DNA from: Balanoglossus misakiensis
Taxonomy: Eukaryota > Animalia > Hemichordata
Length of the DNA stretch: 64,000 nt
Assembly: GCA_040954595.2 (NCBI GenBank)
Contig: JBECUI020000026.1
Span: 372,001 to 436,000, forward strand
Reading direction: 5' to 3'
Of this stretch, positions 61,401-64,000 are shown piece by piece; position 1 is the first letter of the stretch; each line of letters begins with the position of its first letter. Both the position numbers and the translations under genes were made by a program. The notes below the pieces were generated by a model, which saw only the letters and a list, made by a program, of their open reading frames with translations, had not been told where the DNA came from and ran no database searches.

Positions 61401-64000
61401 ATAGCATAAGTTGGTGTCCGTCGTCTATGTATGTCTGTATGTGTGCCTCATACAGAATTATGTATTTTGCGAATGGATCAGTTTCGTCTAAATGTATTGA
61501 TGTATGTATGTGTATGTCCATCAACATCAAAAACTTGAAACTACTGATATTTAGTGTGTACATAGAAATTGTTATTGCGAAAAAATGCATACTGGTATTA
61601 ACTGGAAAAATGTTCAAATAGTCAAAATTGAAAAACTTAATAACAGCGGATCAGATTCAGTTAAAAATTGGCGTGCATTGGTGTGCAAGTACTATGGGAA
61701 GACCTCGTATGATTTTGTTCAGGTGGAGTCAGTATCTGGCGTTTGCTATTTTTTATGAATGTTTGGGGGAATTTTCTGCAGTTTCGTTTAAAAAAATTCT
61801 TCTCTGAAATTACATGTCCAATTGATTGGAAACTTGGTATGGAGGTTCATAGGGCTTACCTGAATCACATTTGTGCAAACGGTGGTGAAATTTGCAAAAA
61901 TGCATTTTTGGGCAATATTTCCTGTTTTTGTCAAAAGATCAAATCCCGTGAAACTGTAAGTGCAATTGTTTTGATACTTTGTATTTGGGTTTCTAGGGGT
62001 GATCTCAGTCAGATATGATCAAATTGTAAAGAAATTTGCATAATTGTATTTTTTGGGAATTCTGCAGGGTTTGGCCAAATAGTCTTCAGTGAAACCACAA
62101 GTCCAATTGATTGGAAACTTTGAATGGGAATTCATATATGTGATATCAGTCAGATTTGTCTGAATTACCTGTTGTTTGCCAAAATGTCTTCCTTATTGAA
62201 ACTTGTTAAAGAGGTTCTTAGGCATGAACAGAAATCAGATTTGTTGAAATCTGGTGAAATTTTCATACTTTTTGGTATATTTCTTGCCATTTTTGATCAA
62301 CGAGTTTTAGAATTCCATAGACTTATCTTTTTATGCAGTTCAGGATGGGGTACATGACTCATAACCCCTTACAAAAATTGACAAGGCAACAATTCCACAA
62401 ACATGTTTACATTTCACAATGGTGCAACACACAACCCTTACACCATATACACTATAAACCAAATTGGTTTAACACTGGTTTTTCTAATCTTGTTATTCTG
62501 TCAACCAATCACAGTACTGCACGTGAGCATATTCAGTTAATATCTGGTTTGAAGTATATTTTTGGGGTGATTTTGGTCAAATACTCAAAAACCTCTACTC
62601 ACAGTTCTTTGAAATTTGGTTTGCAGGTTCCTAGGTGTGTTATCACGACATTTTAACAAATCCTATGATGGAACTGTCAATATAGTTTTTGTGGACAATT
62701 TTTGCCATTTTTGTTTGATTGCTTTGCAATTTTTTGTTTTGCAGTTTCCAGGGGATTTTTTTACTGTGATATATCATAAATGTTCTGAAAATGAAAAAAT
62801 TGTATTTTGGGGGCATAAAAAAAATTCTCAGAAAGTGCATGGTTGATCACTTTAAAAGTTTAGTAGTGAGTTAATGATATGTGCTTCTTTAGAATGATAA
62901 TTGAATCAAATCATAGCTGAATTAGAGTTTTTGTTTATTTTGTTTGATATTTTTTCCTTATACCTCAAAAATTGTTATTATAAAAGGGAAATTACCATTA
63001 CATAGTTGTTTGCAATTAAGGAGGACCCCCTCCCCCACTGAAAATCGTATACACCTTGATCTCTCTATGTCTGTATTCATGTCTGTATGTATGTTTTACA
63101 AATGTATGCTCCCAATAAGAGTGAAATGATTTTTTTTTATCGTAATACTTCTAAAGTGATTATTTCCTATGAGATATGCAGTCTTATTACCTAATCTTTT
63201 CTGAAATTCTACCTCATGCTGTGTATGAAAAGTCTAATATATGTCATTGTCAAGATCCCCAAAACAGGCTGATATAGTATCACATAACATTTGATAAAAG
63301 TATCCCAAACAGTGTGGCAATTTTGGTATACAGAAAAAAAACACTAGAATGACAACAGCTACATGTATGTAGGCTAGCAATAGGAACACAGATAACAATT
63401 CTCCATATTCATTTTTAAATACGATAAGATTCGCTGAAATTGGCACATCTGTGTGCAGGCAAAGTCAGTTCCAACTCGGCTTGCAAATCGGACCAATGTC
63501 TCTTGTTCGCTGAGACTGTATGGTTCTAGTAATAGCTGTAAGAACTTGATCATTGACCAAACTCTTGGTTCAATTTTGCAACATTTTATGATTTCAAGCT
63601 GTACATATTTAACTCCGTTTCAACTATGGTTGGAGGGATAATAATGGAGCCATTTCACTGACAAAATAGCGCTTAGGGACCATTCAGTTTTTACGGTGGG
63701 GGGAGGCTGGCAAAATCCAGGGGGTCACTTAAATTTTGAAATCCAAAAGAGGGAGTCATCTTTTTTTCAAACGTTTAGGGGGGATGTCATATACATGTAC
63801 CCACCGATGCTAACTTTGAGTGGAGTGGCAACAGTAAAATTGGTCCTTTCAAACATTGAGATACATGTAATTTGCTTTTGACTTCATTAAAATGCAACTT
63901 TGAGCTACATATTTTACAAAGTTTTCTTATGTGGAAGGAGGACATCCCCTCCCACACCCATCCCCTTATTTCTTCGCCACATATAGTGTACCAGGGCAGA
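53796..64000 (+). repeat. Segmental duplicate of 28182-39060 (runs off the window), lacking the BEL LTR
   Basis: Offset 25614 before the LTR site and ~24940-24946 after it; scattered SNPs and small indels. Confidence 0.96.
58254..59452. mobile_element. Duplicated copy of the TIR element at 33308-34505
   Basis: Same TIRs, inside the segmental duplicate. Confidence 0.7.

Overview
Repeat-dense eukaryotic DNA. Spliceosomal introns, CTCF- and ETS-like motifs and the repeat families suggest a marine invertebrate (inference). No intact ordinary host gene is visible. Main contents: (1) a 10-exon, ~827-aa Sola-like (DUF7869-type) transposase gene at 4697-10683, with a 174-bp TTAA MITE in exon 7 and a ~40-copy 44-bp minisatellite downstream. 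(2) A minus-strand BEL/Pao LTR retrotransposon (19696-31563, TSD ATGTG) with an intact 1972-aa gag-pol. Its PBS/leader has been replaced by a 4.3-kb copy of its own downstream flank, giving 4995-bp direct repeats that mimic giant LTRs. (3) A Mag-type Ty3/Gypsy element (42373-47866) with a Kolobok-type MITE in RT. (4) A decayed minus-strand cassette (47867-50630) encoding OB-fold domains plus a C2H2/HWR/possible TatD protein, next to a candidate older LTR. (5) A piggyBac-like long-TIR element holding a TATA box and a signal-peptide exon. (6) A >10-kb segmental duplicate (53796-64000 ~ 28182-39060) that keeps the empty BEL target site. All alignments were made by eye; family assignments from motif recall need HMM confirmation.
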